The notes: generated from the sequence alone by a model not told the origin. A stretch of DNA of 64,000 nt from an uncultured Porticoccaceae bacterium (GCA_965662525.1 CBFIHQ010000001.1:52535-116534), one strand, 5' to 3'; shown: positions 54,333 to 64,000, counted from the first letter of the stretch. Made by a program: numbers and translations.

Positions 54333-55025
54333 TTATTGGATAGGGTGAGGATTATAGTAGTGCCTACCGGGCTGCCCGCGGAGAATATATTTTACTAAAT
54401 TGAAGTAGTCAGAATTGCCCTGAGCTAAATTTATTTCGCTAGTATTGACGATAAGTAGGGGGCTGTCCTCATAATGATGAAAAAACTGAGTATAGGCGTC
54501 ATTAAGTGTTTGGATGTAAGTTAAATCAATACCACGCTCAATACTATTACCCCGGCGCTGTAATCGATCAAACAGTGTTGTAGTAGGTGCCTGTAAACAA
54601 ACTACAAGATCAGGTTTTGGTAATTCTTCTATTACCTTGTCATACAGTGTTTGATAAAGACGGTACTCATCATCATCCAGTGTTATTCTGGCAAATAGAG
54701 GATCTTTCTCGATCAAAAAATCTGAGACTCGACCCTGATGAAATAGTTCGCCCTGTTTGATTGTTTGAAGTTTTTGAATTCGCTGAAACAAGAAAGATAG
54801 CTGAGTAGGAAGAGCATTGGCACGACGGTTTTGATAAAAACGCTCTAGAAATGGGTTTTCTTCGGCCTCTTCAAGGATTGTTTCACAGCTGAAGGTTTCT
54901 GCAAGTCGCTTGGCTAGTGTAGTTTTACCAACACCGATTGGGCCTTCAACGGCAATATAGCTAGGTACCTTGAGGGACGCTACATTAGTGTCTAAACCAA
55001 GTGTATTTAGAAGCTCTGCTTCCAC
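54333..55025 (-). CDS. Deoxynucleoside kinase
   Basis: IAVEGPIGVGKTTL, ENPFLERFY, PDLVV; sits between folK and panB. Confidence 0.92.
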   Translation of the reverse strand: MEAELLNTLGLDTNVASLKVPSYIAVEGPIGVGKTTLAKRLAETFSCETILEEAEENPFLERFYQNRRANALPTQLSFLFQRIQKLQTIKQGELFHQGRVSDFLIEKDPLFARITLDDDEYRLYQTLYDKVIEELPKPDLVVCLQAPTTTLFDRLQRRGNSIERGIDLTYIQTLNDAYTQFFHHYEDSPLLIVNTSEINLAQGNSDYFNLVKYILRGQPGRHYYNPHPIQ

Positions 55026-55059
55026 TAATATCTCCAGTAATCATGCCATTGGCGCAGCG

Positions 55060-55566
55060 TTAATTGGTAATTCTTACAATACCTTGCATTGAACAATTTG
55101 CCAATAGATCAATAACTTTTCCGTGACTTGGGATAGTTAAATCGGCATTTAAATCTGCCAGAGGGGCTAATACAAAGGCTCTTTCATGAGCATATGGATG
55201 TGGAAGGGTAAGTCTTTGGGTATTTTCGATTAACTGGTCGTAAATTATTAGGTCCAAATCTAAGGTTCTTGCACCCCAGCGCTGCTTGCGAATGCGTCCC
55301 TGTTGATTTTCAATCGATTGAAGGGCATCGAGTAATTCGTATGCCCCTAAATCGGCCTCAATTTTGGCTGCAGCATTAATATAATCTGGCTGATTTCCAG
55401 GGCCAATGGCTGGAGTTTGATATAGGCTGGAAACCTTTATGATATTAATTTTCTTGTGCGCACCTATTTTTTCTATCGCGCATTCTATTTGCATTTCTGG
55501 GGTTTTATGCAGGCCATCAGATTCGCCGCCTAAGTTGCTGCCAAGTCCAATAAAAGCCTCAGGCAT
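55060..55566 (-). CDS. folK: 2-amino-4-hydroxy-6-hydroxymethyldihydropteridine diphosphokinase
   Basis: IGLGSNL, SSLYQT, RWGARTLDLD, LPHP, RAFVL; start reassigned to ATG 55566 (8-nt overlap with pcnB). Confidence 0.96.
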   Translation of the reverse strand: MPEAFIGLGSNLGGESDGLHKTPEMQIECAIEKIGAHKKINIIKVSSLYQTPAIGPGNQPDYINAAAKIEADLGAYELLDALQSIENQQGRIRKQRWGARTLDLDLIIYDQLIENTQRLTLPHPYAHERAFVLAPLADLNADLTIPSHGKVIDLLANCSMQGIVRITN

Positions 55567-56896
55567 TAGTGGGACCTTTGGTTTTTCGTCGAGGTCTGCG
55601 GTTTCGAGGTCGATGAGAGCTGAGCTGTTGAACCATCGTTTGACGCTCATCTTCATTAGCCTCTTGATATGTGGTCCACCAGTCACCAAGACCCTCCAGG
55701 CACTCACCTGTTTGTTCTCTCAACAGAATAAAGTCGTAGGCAGCCCGGAAGCGCGGGTTTTCCATAGAGCGATTAGCTCTATTACCTCCGCGTTTCACCA
55801 GGGTTAACTGCATAGACCAAATTTCACGCATAGCCATGGTGAAGCGTTTTGGAATTGCTGTAATTGGGATTTGATTGCTTATTACTTCATTGGCTGCCTT
55901 GTTTATAGCGCTAGCAGCTGGATGTCCTTGTTTTTCATATTCTGCAGCTGTTTTTTGTACCGACGGCCACAATAGTGCAGCATAAATAAAAGCCGGAGTT
56001 ACTCGCTTGTTGCTGCGAATTCTTAAATCAGTGTTAACTAAAGCCTGCTCTACCATTTTTTTGGCAGTTGGGTGTCCTTGATCGATTAGGCGATTTGTCT
56101 GGGGCACGAGATGTGCGAAGAGTCGGGATTCAAATAGCTGTTGAAATACTGCAAGGCCATAGCCACCCATAAATAATTTGAGTGTTTCATCAAACATTCT
56201 AGGTGCCGATACATGCTGTAAGCTATTTGCCATTTTAATAATGGGCTTTAACGTCTTACTCTCTATCTGGAAGCCTAGCTTTGCTGCAAAACGGGCTACT
56301 CTTAAAAGTCTAACCGGGTCTTCGCTGTATCTAGTTGCAGGATTGCCGATGATACGGATTTTGCGCTTGGCAAGATCCTCAAGGCCATCGCAGAAGTCAT
56401 GAAGTGTATTTTTTTCTGTATCGTAATACAGGGCATTAATACTCAGGTCACGCCGGCTGGCATCATCCTGCATAGAGCCAAACATATTATCTCTTGTAAG
56501 CAGTCCGCTCTCAGCTTTTTGTACCTTTCCATTTATATCTGTGTTGTTTGATCTGAAGGTAGTGACCTCGATGAGCTCTCTACCAAATTGAACATGAACA
56601 ATTTGAAATCTTCGGCCAACAATTCTTGAGCGGCGAAAAAGTCTTTTTACCTGCTGGGGTGTTGCATTGGTAGCTATATCAAAGTCTTTCGGGTTGAGGT
56701 CAAGAAGTAGATCCCGTACACAGCCTCCAACCACAAAGGCTTCAAAATTATTTTTTTGTAGCACCCGAACAACTTCGCAGGCATGCTTGGATATTTTTTT
56801 CGAGTTGAGATTGTGTTGCTGAGCATGAAGCACAGTACTAATGCCATCTTTATGAGATGACATGCGTTCAAAAAATTTTCCGAGACGTTTTATCAC
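55559..56896 (-). CDS. pcnB: Poly(A) polymerase I
   Basis: VGGCVRD, KDFD, IVGRRFQIVHV signature, EDPVRLLR, RFRAAYDF. Confidence 0.97.
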   Translation of the reverse strand: MIKRLGKFFERMSSHKDGISTVLHAQQHNLNSKKISKHACEVVRVLQKNNFEAFVVGGCVRDLLLDLNPKDFDIATNATPQQVKRLFRRSRIVGRRFQIVHVQFGRELIEVTTFRSNNTDINGKVQKAESGLLTRDNMFGSMQDDASRRDLSINALYYDTEKNTLHDFCDGLEDLAKRKIRIIGNPATRYSEDPVRLLRVARFAAKLGFQIESKTLKPIIKMANSLQHVSAPRMFDETLKLFMGGYGLAVFQQLFESRLFAHLVPQTNRLIDQGHPTAKKMVEQALVNTDLRIRSNKRVTPAFIYAALLWPSVQKTAAEYEKQGHPAASAINKAANEVISNQIPITAIPKRFTMAMREIWSMQLTLVKRGGNRANRSMENPRFRAAYDFILLREQTGECLEGLGDWWTTYQEANEDERQTMVQQLSSHRPRNRRPRRKTKGPTNA

Positions 56897-57007
56897 ATTG
56901 ATTGCCGTTGATGTGTAATGGGATAGTTTAACAGAGCAAAACCAGCACTGTTAGCATTATATATTGACTAAGGTATATGGGGGGATAATGGAAAAAATAG
57001 ACCGGCA

Positions 57008-57140
57008 ATAAAAAAGGGTTGCCTTTCGGCAGCCCCCCGTAACCGTTCTTCAGTCTATGCTGTTTGAACGCTTTGCAATCCATCCGTTTATTATTTTTGT
57101 TTATTTTTATTATTTATAGTCAAAGCATGCTTCGACAGGT
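57008..57140 (-). ncRNA. Candidate CrcZ-like (Hfq-sequestering) small RNA
   Basis: Minus strand: 5' hairpin GTCGAAG-CATG-CTTTGAC, A-rich tract with AAnAAnAA motifs, terminator with GAAA loop and T6; located between gluQ and pcnB like Pseudomonas crcZ; ends approximate. Confidence 0.55.
57010..57038 (-). terminator. Intrinsic terminator upstream of pcnB
   Basis: GGGCTGCC-GAAA-GGCAACCC-TTTTTT (one C.A mismatch on this strand). Confidence 0.75.
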
Positions 57141-57309
57141 CTATATAATCAAAATTCTTAGGGAGTCACAACCTCAGTAGTGCAAGAAATAGGCTAAAAG
57201 GGTGGGAAAATGCGTTAAATGTCGTATTTGGCAGCTTTTAATGCGATAAAACTTTATATTTTTAGGTTTTTTTCGCTATTTTTGCGATCCAAAAGCTAAA
57301 TGAGATAGT

Positions 57310-58227
57310 TTAAAAATTTTCGGGTACAGCAATACCATCAGAAACTTTTGGTATTTTATTTATATCCCAATGACTTATTCCCCAGTTGATAATATCGTTT
57401 ACGCAAGAATCACGAAGTTCCTGTGGGGGACTCTGTTGTAACCAGTCTAGTGCCAGCCAAAGTTGCTTATGCCTATTGCTTTGAGGTAGTTGTTTAGCAT
57501 GATGTTGTTTACTGAGCTTCTGCCCGAGATTGTTCTTGGCAACAGGGATGTGACCATAGGTCGGTGTCTTATATCCTAAACATTGTTGCAGTAAAATTTG
57601 TCTAGGTGTTGATTCGATAAGATCGGCGCCACGAATAATTTCTGTAATACCCTGTAGGTGGTCATCAATAACTACTGCAAGTTGGTACGAAATAAGACCG
57701 TCTCGGCGACGCAAAACAAAGTCACCTACGTCTTGAGTAAGTGATTGAAAGTAACTTCCCATAATGTCATCGCAAAAATTGATTTTGTCATTTTTCATGC
57801 CTATGGTGCTTAGGCTATCTTCAATTGAAAGGCGTACGGAGGTATTTTTATCGGTGAGATGTAGTTTGTGACATTTTGCATCATAGATGCCATTGAGCAG
57901 ATTTAAGCGATGCCTCGTACACTCACAATGGTAGGTCAATTTCTGTGTTTTTAAATCCGCAAGCACTTCAAAATAATGCGTTATCTGGTTGCTTTGATAA
58001 ATAACATTGTCGTCCCAATGAAGCCCGTGTTGTTCTAATTGCTGAAGAATGGTATCACTTGCGCCAGGGACTTCTCTCGGAGGGTCAATATCTTCTATTC
58101 TGACCAGCCACTTTCCACCCTGATGTTTAGCCTGCATAAAGCTGGCAACTGCAGCCAGAAGGGAACCAAAGTGGAGCGGGCCGCTAGGAGAGGGTGCAAA
58201 CCGGCCAATACTTAATGTTGGGGACAT
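57310..58227 (-). CDS. gluQ: Glutamyl-Q tRNA(Asp) synthetase
   Basis: GRFAPSPSGPLHFGSL, RIEDIDPPRE, KLSKQ; short, no anticodon domain; downstream of dksA. Confidence 0.95.
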   Translation of the reverse strand: MSPTLSIGRFAPSPSGPLHFGSLLAAVASFMQAKHQGGKWLVRIEDIDPPREVPGASDTILQQLEQHGLHWDDNVIYQSNQITHYFEVLADLKTQKLTYHCECTRHRLNLLNGIYDAKCHKLHLTDKNTSVRLSIEDSLSTIGMKNDKINFCDDIMGSYFQSLTQDVGDFVLRRRDGLISYQLAVVIDDHLQGITEIIRGADLIESTPRQILLQQCLGYKTPTYGHIPVAKNNLGQKLSKQHHAKQLPQSNRHKQLWLALDWLQQSPPQELRDSCVNDIINWGISHWDINKIPKVSDGIAVPENF

Positions 58228-58269
58228 TGTGTATTGACCGTGGATTAAGCATTCATTCTGGTGGCTTGA

Positions 58270-58743
58270 TTAGCCGCCAGTGATTTGCTTTTCCTTGATT
58301 TCATCCAGGGTTTTACAATCGATGCAGAGATCTGCAGTAGGTCTAGCTTCTAGTCTTCGAATACCAATTTCTACACCACATTGGTCACAGAATCCATAAT
58401 CATCATCTTCAACACGTATGAGAGTTTTATCAATTTTCTTGATGAGTTTTCTTTCTCGATCTCTAGTGCGTAGTTCAAGACTAAACTCTTCTTCCTGAGT
58501 TGCACGATCCGCGGGATCTGGAAAATTCGCCGCTTCATCTTTCATATGCGTAACAGTGCGATCAACTTCTTCCATTAGCTCTTTTCGCCAAGCGTTTAAG
58601 ATAAGTTTAAAATGATCTCGCTGATGTTCGTTCATATACTCTTCTTTGGCTTTTTCCTGATAAGGGGCTATACCATGAAGGGTTACAGAGTTTTTAGCTC
58701 CTGGAGCAGAGTTCGCTGATATTTTTTTCTTTGCTGTTGCCAT
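58270..58743 (-). CDS. dksA: RNA polymerase-binding transcription factor DksA
   Basis: [12 protein letters not shown]4 zinc finger CDQCG...CIDCK. Confidence 0.98.
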   Translation of the reverse strand: MATAKKKISANSAPGAKNSVTLHGIAPYQEKAKEEYMNEHQRDHFKLILNAWRKELMEEVDRTVTHMKDEAANFPDPADRATQEEEFSLELRTRDRERKLIKKIDKTLIRVEDDDYGFCDQCGVEIGIRRLEARPTADLCIDCKTLDEIKEKQITGG

Positions 58744-58948
58744 GCTTTAAGTCCGAATTTGAAATAAGCTCAAAGGTTTAGACAGGGGTTTATAGAGAGT
58801 TTATAACAATTTATCAAGAAAAATTTTTGCATTTAAGCAGTTTTAGAAACATTACAGTGTTAGATTGTGGAACTTAATAAATAATAGCACATATTCTATA
58901 CTGAATATTTTTTACTGGCAGGTCAGTTTCAGCAAAGGAATTTAATAA

Positions 58949-59683
58949 ATGAAATTATCACCGAGCTTTCTTTTGGGAAAATTTCAGAGGCGATATAAAC
59001 GGTTTTTTAGTGATGTAATAAGCATCGATGGTCAACCGTTAACAATACATTGCCCAAATACTGGTTCTATGAAAAATTGTTTAGTTGAAAATTCTGAGTG
59101 TTGGTATTCATTATCCGACAATCCAAAACGAAAACTTCCGGGAACATTAGAATTAGTTACCAATGAATATGGCAATTTGGCTGGAATCAATACTATTAGA
59201 GCTAACAAGCTGGTTAGAGAAGCGATAGAGTCCAATCTTATTCCACAGCTATGTGGATATGAACAGCTTCGGTCAGAGATAAGGTATGGTGAGGAAAATA
59301 GTCGTATAGATTTACTGCTGAAGGATTCAGTAAAAGGGCATTGTTATATTGAGGTTAAAAGTGTCACTCTAGAGGTGTCGAAAGGTTTGGTTATGTTTCC
59401 TGATGCTGTGACCAGTCGCGGCGCCAAGCACCTAAGAGAACTTATTAATGTGGTACAGCAGGGTCATAGGGCAGTGTTATTTTTCTGCGTTCAGGTGAAT
59501 GGGGCGCAAAGGATGGAGGTGGCTGAGGCAATAGATCCTCAATATACTAAAATCCTTGTCCAAGCACTAAATGAGGGTATTGAGGTAATTGCCTGGCGTG
59601 CCAAAATTAGTGCCAGTGAAATTGTTTTAGAGACTGCTATTCCTTGTCTTCAAGATCTGCAAGAGCCTGAGACCGGAGGTTAA
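58949..59683 (+). CDS. sfsA: Sugar fermentation stimulation protein / nuclease SfsA
   Basis: RYKRF, HCPNTGSM, IEVKSVTL, FPDAVTSRGAKHL. Confidence 0.96.
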   Translation: MKLSPSFLLGKFQRRYKRFFSDVISIDGQPLTIHCPNTGSMKNCLVENSECWYSLSDNPKRKLPGTLELVTNEYGNLAGINTIRANKLVREAIESNLIPQLCGYEQLRSEIRYGEENSRIDLLLKDSVKGHCYIEVKSVTLEVSKGLVMFPDAVTSRGAKHLRELINVVQQGHRAVLFFCVQVNGAQRMEVAEAIDPQYTKILVQALNEGIEVIAWRAKISASEIVLETAIPCLQDLQEPETGG

Positions 59684-60062
59684 CAGGTGCTGGAGGCATC
59701 TTTTGATTTGCCGCCACATAGTAAAAATGATCTTCGCATCTAAGCTCAACAGGCTGAAGGCTATCACCACTGCAGGGGCCTGCAATACATAGACCGGAAT
59801 CAATTTCAAATAATGCACCGTGGAGTGCGCACTGAATAAGTTGATTTTCAGTATCTAAAAATTGGTTGGGGACCCAGTTAAGCGGACTATTTCTGTGTGG
59901 GCAGAGATTCCAATAAGCAAAAATAGAATTACCCTGTCGGACTGCGAATAATTGTCGCTCCTCGATAGTTAATTCCATAGCGCAATGATCTTCTAGATCG
60001 TCTAATTTGCAGAGTGGAACTTCTTCTTGAAGATAGGTTTCATTGCTCATAACGGAACTCAT
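59637..60062 (-). CDS. Rieske [2Fe-2S] ferredoxin-like protein
   Basis: CPH...CALHGALF...GPC motif; start uncertain (60062 or 60050); 3' overlap with sfsA. Confidence 0.88.
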   Translation of the reverse strand: MSSVMSNETYLQEEVPLCKLDDLEDHCAMELTIEERQLFAVRQGNSIFAYWNLCPHRNSPLNWVPNQFLDTENQLIQCALHGALFEIDSGLCIAGPCSGDSLQPVELRCEDHFYYVAANQKMPPAPVNLRSQALADLEDKE

Positions 60063-60208
60063 ATATTTAAAGTAGCTTTTTAAAGGTGGAAGAATTGATC
60101 TATATATATTTGAGAATATTGCGTTTTGATAAAAAAAAGTCAATGTTTGTTTAAATTGTCTGGGGGATTTTTTTGCTTATTATTGTTGGTGAGGGTATAA
60201 GATGAGTT

Positions 60209-60895
60209 ATGACTAATCAAATTATCACAGGCTCAACCGATACTCATCTTATTAGGCTAGGTGAGGATCAGGCTGATACTGAAAATCAGTTTATTCACAA
60301 GCAGGTATTGCAGCCTTTGATCGATCTTCAATTGGCGGGGCGAGAGGCTGGTTTTGATATAAAAATATGTAGTGCCTTTAGGTCTTTCGAGCGTCAATTG
60401 TTTATTTGGAATGGAAAAGCTTCAGGTATGAGGCCGGTTATGGATCCCTTTGGCAAGGCAATCAATATTCAAGAGTTGAGTTCATGGCAGAAAATTCAAG
60501 CTATACTTCGTTGGTCTGCGCTGCCAGGAGCTTCAAGGCATCACTGGGGTACTGATTTTGATATTTTTGACGCTAATGCAATGCCGGAGAATTATCAAAT
60601 ACAGTTGACGCCGGAAGAAGTGCAGGGCGATGGTCTATTTGCGCCTATGCATGACTGGCTCGATGATTATTTAAAATCTGAAAAAACTAATTTTTATCGT
60701 CCCTATGCATTGGATAAGGGAGGTATAGCGCCTGAGCGATGGCATCTTAGCTATAGGCCACTTGCTGATCAATATGCGCAAATGCTGAATATCGATGTTC
60801 TTTCTAGCAGGCTTAAAGATTCCAATTTAATATTGTTAGATGTGGTTTTAGAATATTTGGATGATATCTTTCAACGCTATATTATAGTTGACTAA
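60209..60895 (+). CDS. M15-family metallopeptidase (VanY-like D,D-carboxypeptidase)
   Basis: SAFRSFERQ, SRHHWGTDFD (SxHxxGxxxD), ERWH (ExxH). Confidence 0.9.
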   Translation: MTNQIITGSTDTHLIRLGEDQADTENQFIHKQVLQPLIDLQLAGREAGFDIKICSAFRSFERQLFIWNGKASGMRPVMDPFGKAINIQELSSWQKIQAILRWSALPGASRHHWGTDFDIFDANAMPENYQIQLTPEEVQGDGLFAPMHDWLDDYLKSEKTNFYRPYALDKGGIAPERWHLSYRPLADQYAQMLNIDVLSSRLKDSNLILLDVVLEYLDDIFQRYIIVD

Positions 60896-60920
60896 ACATT
60901 TAGGGATTTAGGGAAAATTT

Positions 60921-61700
60921 ATGAATTCAACGGACCCTATATGGGAATTTATTCAACAAGAGGCCCAACAATTAGCTTCTGAAGAACCGCTTTTAGCCGG
61001 ATTTTTTCAGCGATCTGTGCTTCAGCACTCAAGTCTAGAGGCGGTTGTTGGGTATGTTTTATCCGAAACATTTGTCAGCACTTCAATAGGTGCTGAAGAT
61101 ATTCGTAAGGTAATTACTCAAGCTTTTGAAAGTGACACTAAGATAGGTATTAGTATTCGGCGTGATATAGAGGCAGCATTTGAGAGAGATGCTGCATGCC
61201 AGCATTATTTAACACCGCTAATTTACTTCAAAGGTTTTCAAGCACTTCAGTTATACCGAATTTCTCATTGGTTGTGGAACAATCAACGCTACTCTTTTGC
61301 CTTATTTTTACAGAATAATATTTCTGAGCGATTTGCGGTAGATATTCATCCCGCGGCCCAGTTGGGAGAGGGCATAATGATTGATCATGCTACAGGTTTG
61401 GTTATTGGTGAAACCGCCATCGTTGGCAATGATGTCTCGATACTGCACTCAGTAACCCTTGGCGGCAGTGGTTGTCAGCAAGGTGACCGTCACCCTAGGA
61501 TTGGCAATGGGGTGTTGCTGGCTGCTGGCGCTAAGGTTTTAGGCAATATCACGGTAGGTGAGGGGGTAAAAGTGGGTGCTGGAAGCCTAGTATTGGAATC
61601 AATTCCAGAGCATGTCACAGTTGCCGGTGTGCCGGCAAAAATCGTTGGCACACCAGCCGAAGACAACCCTGCGCTGGAAATGGACCACTATATCGAATAA
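60921..61700 (+). CDS. cysE: Serine O-acetyltransferase
   Basis: RDAAC, KGFQAL, DIHPAA, DHATG, DRHPRIG hexapeptide repeats. Confidence 0.96.
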   Translation: MNSTDPIWEFIQQEAQQLASEEPLLAGFFQRSVLQHSSLEAVVGYVLSETFVSTSIGAEDIRKVITQAFESDTKIGISIRRDIEAAFERDAACQHYLTPLIYFKGFQALQLYRISHWLWNNQRYSFALFLQNNISERFAVDIHPAAQLGEGIMIDHATGLVIGETAIVGNDVSILHSVTLGGSGCQQGDRHPRIGNGVLLAAGAKVLGNITVGEGVKVGAGSLVLESIPEHVTVAGVPAKIVGTPAEDNPALEMDHYIE

Positions 61701-61711
61701 CAGAGGCTATT

Positions 61712-62095
61712 TTGATGCTGAAAAATTTTTTAGCCTTGATGTATCGCCGCTACATTGTGGCAGGTAGACACTCGTCGAAAGGGCTTAAAGATGCTTTTCT
61801 TAAGGAAGAGGCTTTTCGCGTTCAGGTCTCACTTGGTGTATTTTTAATACCCTTAGCCTGCTTTATTGCAAATAGCTACCAGCAATTATTATTACTCCTT
61901 TTAGTGTTTTTTTTAGTGATGATAGTGGAGTTATTAAATACCTGCATTGAGTTAGTTGTCGATCGAATTGGACCTGAATTGCATGAGCTTTCCGGTAGAG
62001 CTAAAGACATTGGCTCTGCTGCAGTAGCGCTTTCAATGTTTCTTTTTTTATTAGTCTGGGGTCTGATCTCAGCCACCAACTTTGGTCTTATTTAG
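61712..62095 (+). CDS. dgkA: Diacylglycerol kinase
   Basis: EEAFR, VELLNTCIE, AKDIGSAAV; start uncertain. Confidence 0.93.
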   Translation: MMLKNFLALMYRRYIVAGRHSSKGLKDAFLKEEAFRVQVSLGVFLIPLACFIANSYQQLLLLLLVFFLVMIVELLNTCIELVVDRIGPELHELSGRAKDIGSAAVALSMFLFLLVWGLISATNFGLI

Positions 62096-62097
62096 TC

Positions 62098-63333
62098 TTA
62101 ATCAAGACAAATACGAATTAAGTACTCCAATTGCTTGTGCAGTAATTGACGTCTGTTTTCTGAGAATCCCTCCAAGATAAACTGGTGGTTTTCATAGCGT
62201 TGGAAGCGTGCAATTGACGATAATTCATCAATATCAAACTGATCGCAGCTTAATAGAATTAAGCCTTCTTGTAAGTTACTGGCTATTTCTAAATTATTCT
62301 TTTTTAGCCTTAACAGTGACTGTTCATGCCAAAATTTTGGGGATATTTCTATATCGTCGCTGTTTATAACCCAATTAATTTCAAGGTCAATGCCAATTTT
62401 TTTTGATAACTGTTCGATTAATTGTTGCAGGGTATAAACCGCCATAAGGCAAACCAGCAAATGCTGTTTTGAACACTGAGTTGAGCGAATAGTAAAACAA
62501 AAACTATCTTCCATTCCTTCCACTCGATCACCGCCATATAGTTGCAGTGTTCGCAGAATAGAGTAATCTAATTTTTCAAATAATTGATCTAAATTATCCT
62601 TATTTAACTGCTGTAAAAGGCGTTGATGATTTTTTATATTAGCACTTATAAGTGAGTAGAAATAACGATTATTTGGCGTATAAGTTGATTCTCCAGAGGT
62701 TGAAAGTAGTGGCTGTATTTTAGTCTCTAGAGCCGAAATCTCATCAACTAGGGGTTCAGTTTTTCCTGGAAGTCGGTCATTGATCCGCACAATGCGAGAA
62801 ATAATCTGATCGACAAATCGATAGCTAATATAGGTGCTTAACAGGGTGAATGACAGCCATAAAAATAGCCAATTTATAAAAATTCGATGGTATTTTTGGT
62901 AGATTGGTCGGCTATTAATTGCGATTGAAATAACGCCAGCTTGAGTGTTTTGAAACTCAATATTTTCTGAGAAATTTTCTACAGAGACTCCTTGTGAATC
63001 AGCGTTAATACTCTGGGCTAAAAGCTCGCCATCAATGCCGTTGAGACTGGCACTTATTATGCGTGGGTCTTCAGTTATTCTCTGTAAAGCAACTTGCTGG
63101 CTAATGGTGTCGTTTCTCAATAGTGGCGAAAGTATTGATTCATGCAATTGATTGAGAGCTGAGTCAGCCATGTCAGCAACCGCCTCTTTCGCCAATCTAT
63201 CTGCCTGTGCAAACAGTAATGGCCAGCTAATTAGACCAAAAAGTAGGCATATACATAGTACGGTTGCAGAAGTTTTTTTTGGCATCGATAGTTGGCGACG
63301 CATGTTTTGCCTTTTTTTTGCAGTTATTTTCAA
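62098..63333 (-). CDS. AhpA/YtjB (SMP)-like membrane protein with long cytoplasmic domain
   Basis: Two TM helices flanking a periplasmic domain; divergent from serB as in Pseudomonas-like genomes; start uncertain. Confidence 0.6.
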   Translation of the reverse strand: MKITAKKRQNMRRQLSMPKKTSATVLCICLLFGLISWPLLFAQADRLAKEAVADMADSALNQLHESILSPLLRNDTISQQVALQRITEDPRIISASLNGIDGELLAQSINADSQGVSVENFSENIEFQNTQAGVISIAINSRPIYQKYHRIFINWLFLWLSFTLLSTYISYRFVDQIISRIVRINDRLPGKTEPLVDEISALETKIQPLLSTSGESTYTPNNRYFYSLISANIKNHQRLLQQLNKDNLDQLFEKLDYSILRTLQLYGGDRVEGMEDSFCFTIRSTQCSKQHLLVCLMAVYTLQQLIEQLSKKIGIDLEINWVINSDDIEISPKFWHEQSLLRLKKNNLEIASNLQEGLILLSCDQFDIDELSSIARFQRYENHQFILEGFSENRRQLLHKQLEYLIRICLD

Positions 63334-63402
63334 ACATATTCTATCCTATTCTCACAGCTTTTATATAATGCATGTCTTAGAAACTAGATTTGGGCGTAAT
63401 TT

Positions 63403-64000
63403 GTGAAAGATATACTTCTAATCAATGTGTTTGGTGAGGATAAACCTGGTGTTACCAGTGCAGTAACAAATGTTCTGTCATTTTATGATGCAACTGTATT
63501 GGATATAGGGCAAGCGGTTATTCATCAACAGTTAAATTTGGGTCTATTAACATTAGTTCCCAGTGAGGCTGACATGGAAGCTTTGGTTTCCCAAGTCCAA
63601 TCATGTGCTGCGAATTTACACATGCGGGTCAAATTTTTACCTATTTCAGAGCAAGACTATCAGCAGTGGGTTGATCAGCAAGGTAAGTCGCGACATATAG
63701 TGACTCTTCTCGCAAGAAAGATTGAGGCTAAGCACTTGGCCGCACTCACGGCAGTTGTGTCTCAATATCAGCTTAATATAGATAAAATTATCCGCCTTTC
63801 AGGCCGAATTAATCTCCATGAAAGTGATCAATTAGGTCGAGCATGTGTTGAATTCTCGGTTCGCGGTGAAGCCTCTGACCCCCATGCTTTCAAAAAATCT
63901 TTGCTTGAGCTAGCTCATCAGTACGATATAGATATTGCTTTCCAAGAGGACAATATTTTTAGACGAAATCGAAGATTAGTTGTATTTGATATGGATTCAA
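63403..64000 (+). CDS. serB: Phosphoserine phosphatase with ACT domains (3'-truncated by window)
   Basis: Translated by hand from GTG 63403: ILLINVFGEDKPGVT...LDIGQAVIH...RRNRRLVVFDMDS (HAD motif I at the window end). Confidence 0.95.
   Translation, partial: MKDILLINVFGEDKPGVTSAVTNVLSFYDATVLDIGQAVIHQQLNLGLLTLVPSEADMEALVSQVQSCAANLHMRVKFLPISEQDYQQWVDQQGKSRHIVTLLARKIEAKHLAALTAVVSQYQLNIDKIIRLSGRINLHESDQLGRACVEFSVRGEASDPHAFKKSLLELAHQYDIDIAFQEDNIFRRNRRLVVFDMDS

Noticed and set aside
55567-55707. N-terminal extension of folK in the ORF track
   Set aside because: Lies inside the pcnB 3' end; homology starts at MPEAFIGLGSN

Overview
A 64-kb stretch of core chromosome from a fairly AT-rich, compact gammaproteobacterium. 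Gene order resembles Pseudomonadales/Cellvibrionales, and a marine SAR92/Porticoccaceae-like lineage is my inference only. Most of it is housekeeping: infB(3')-rbfA-truB-rpsO-pnp, recN, grpE-dnaK-dnaJ-dapB-carAB-greA, argDF, grxD, ffh-rpsP-rimM-trmD-rplS, rnr, lptM-lysA-dapF-DUF484, cyaY, argH, hemCD, prfA-prmC, rhlB, smpB-ratAB-bamE-fur, dksA-gluQ-pcnB-folK-dNK-panB, sfsA, cysE, dgkA and serB(5'). I found no tRNA, rRNA, CRISPR, IS or phage genes. Two accessory modules stand out. The first is a Fur-boxed divergent iron-uptake pair, an FTR1 permease and a TonB-dependent receptor (18981-22286). The second is a four-gene cassette (30726-36832): a NarL/LuxR response regulator, an atypical TonB-dependent receptor, an orphan periplasmic binding protein and a GacS/BarA-like hybrid kinase. 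It is followed by a structured, terminated non-coding segment. This cassette is the best candidate for an uncharacterised trans-envelope signalling system. A second strong candidate is a small A-rich (AAnAAnAA) terminated RNA between gluQ and pcnB, exactly where Pseudomonas has crcZ, but with cbrA-cbrB missing. Several genes expected from Pseudomonas-type synteny are absent from their usual positions (xerD, xerC, cbrAB, algZR, hemXY, hemA, panC). The pnp|recN and fur|panB junctions look like a reciprocal rearrangement.
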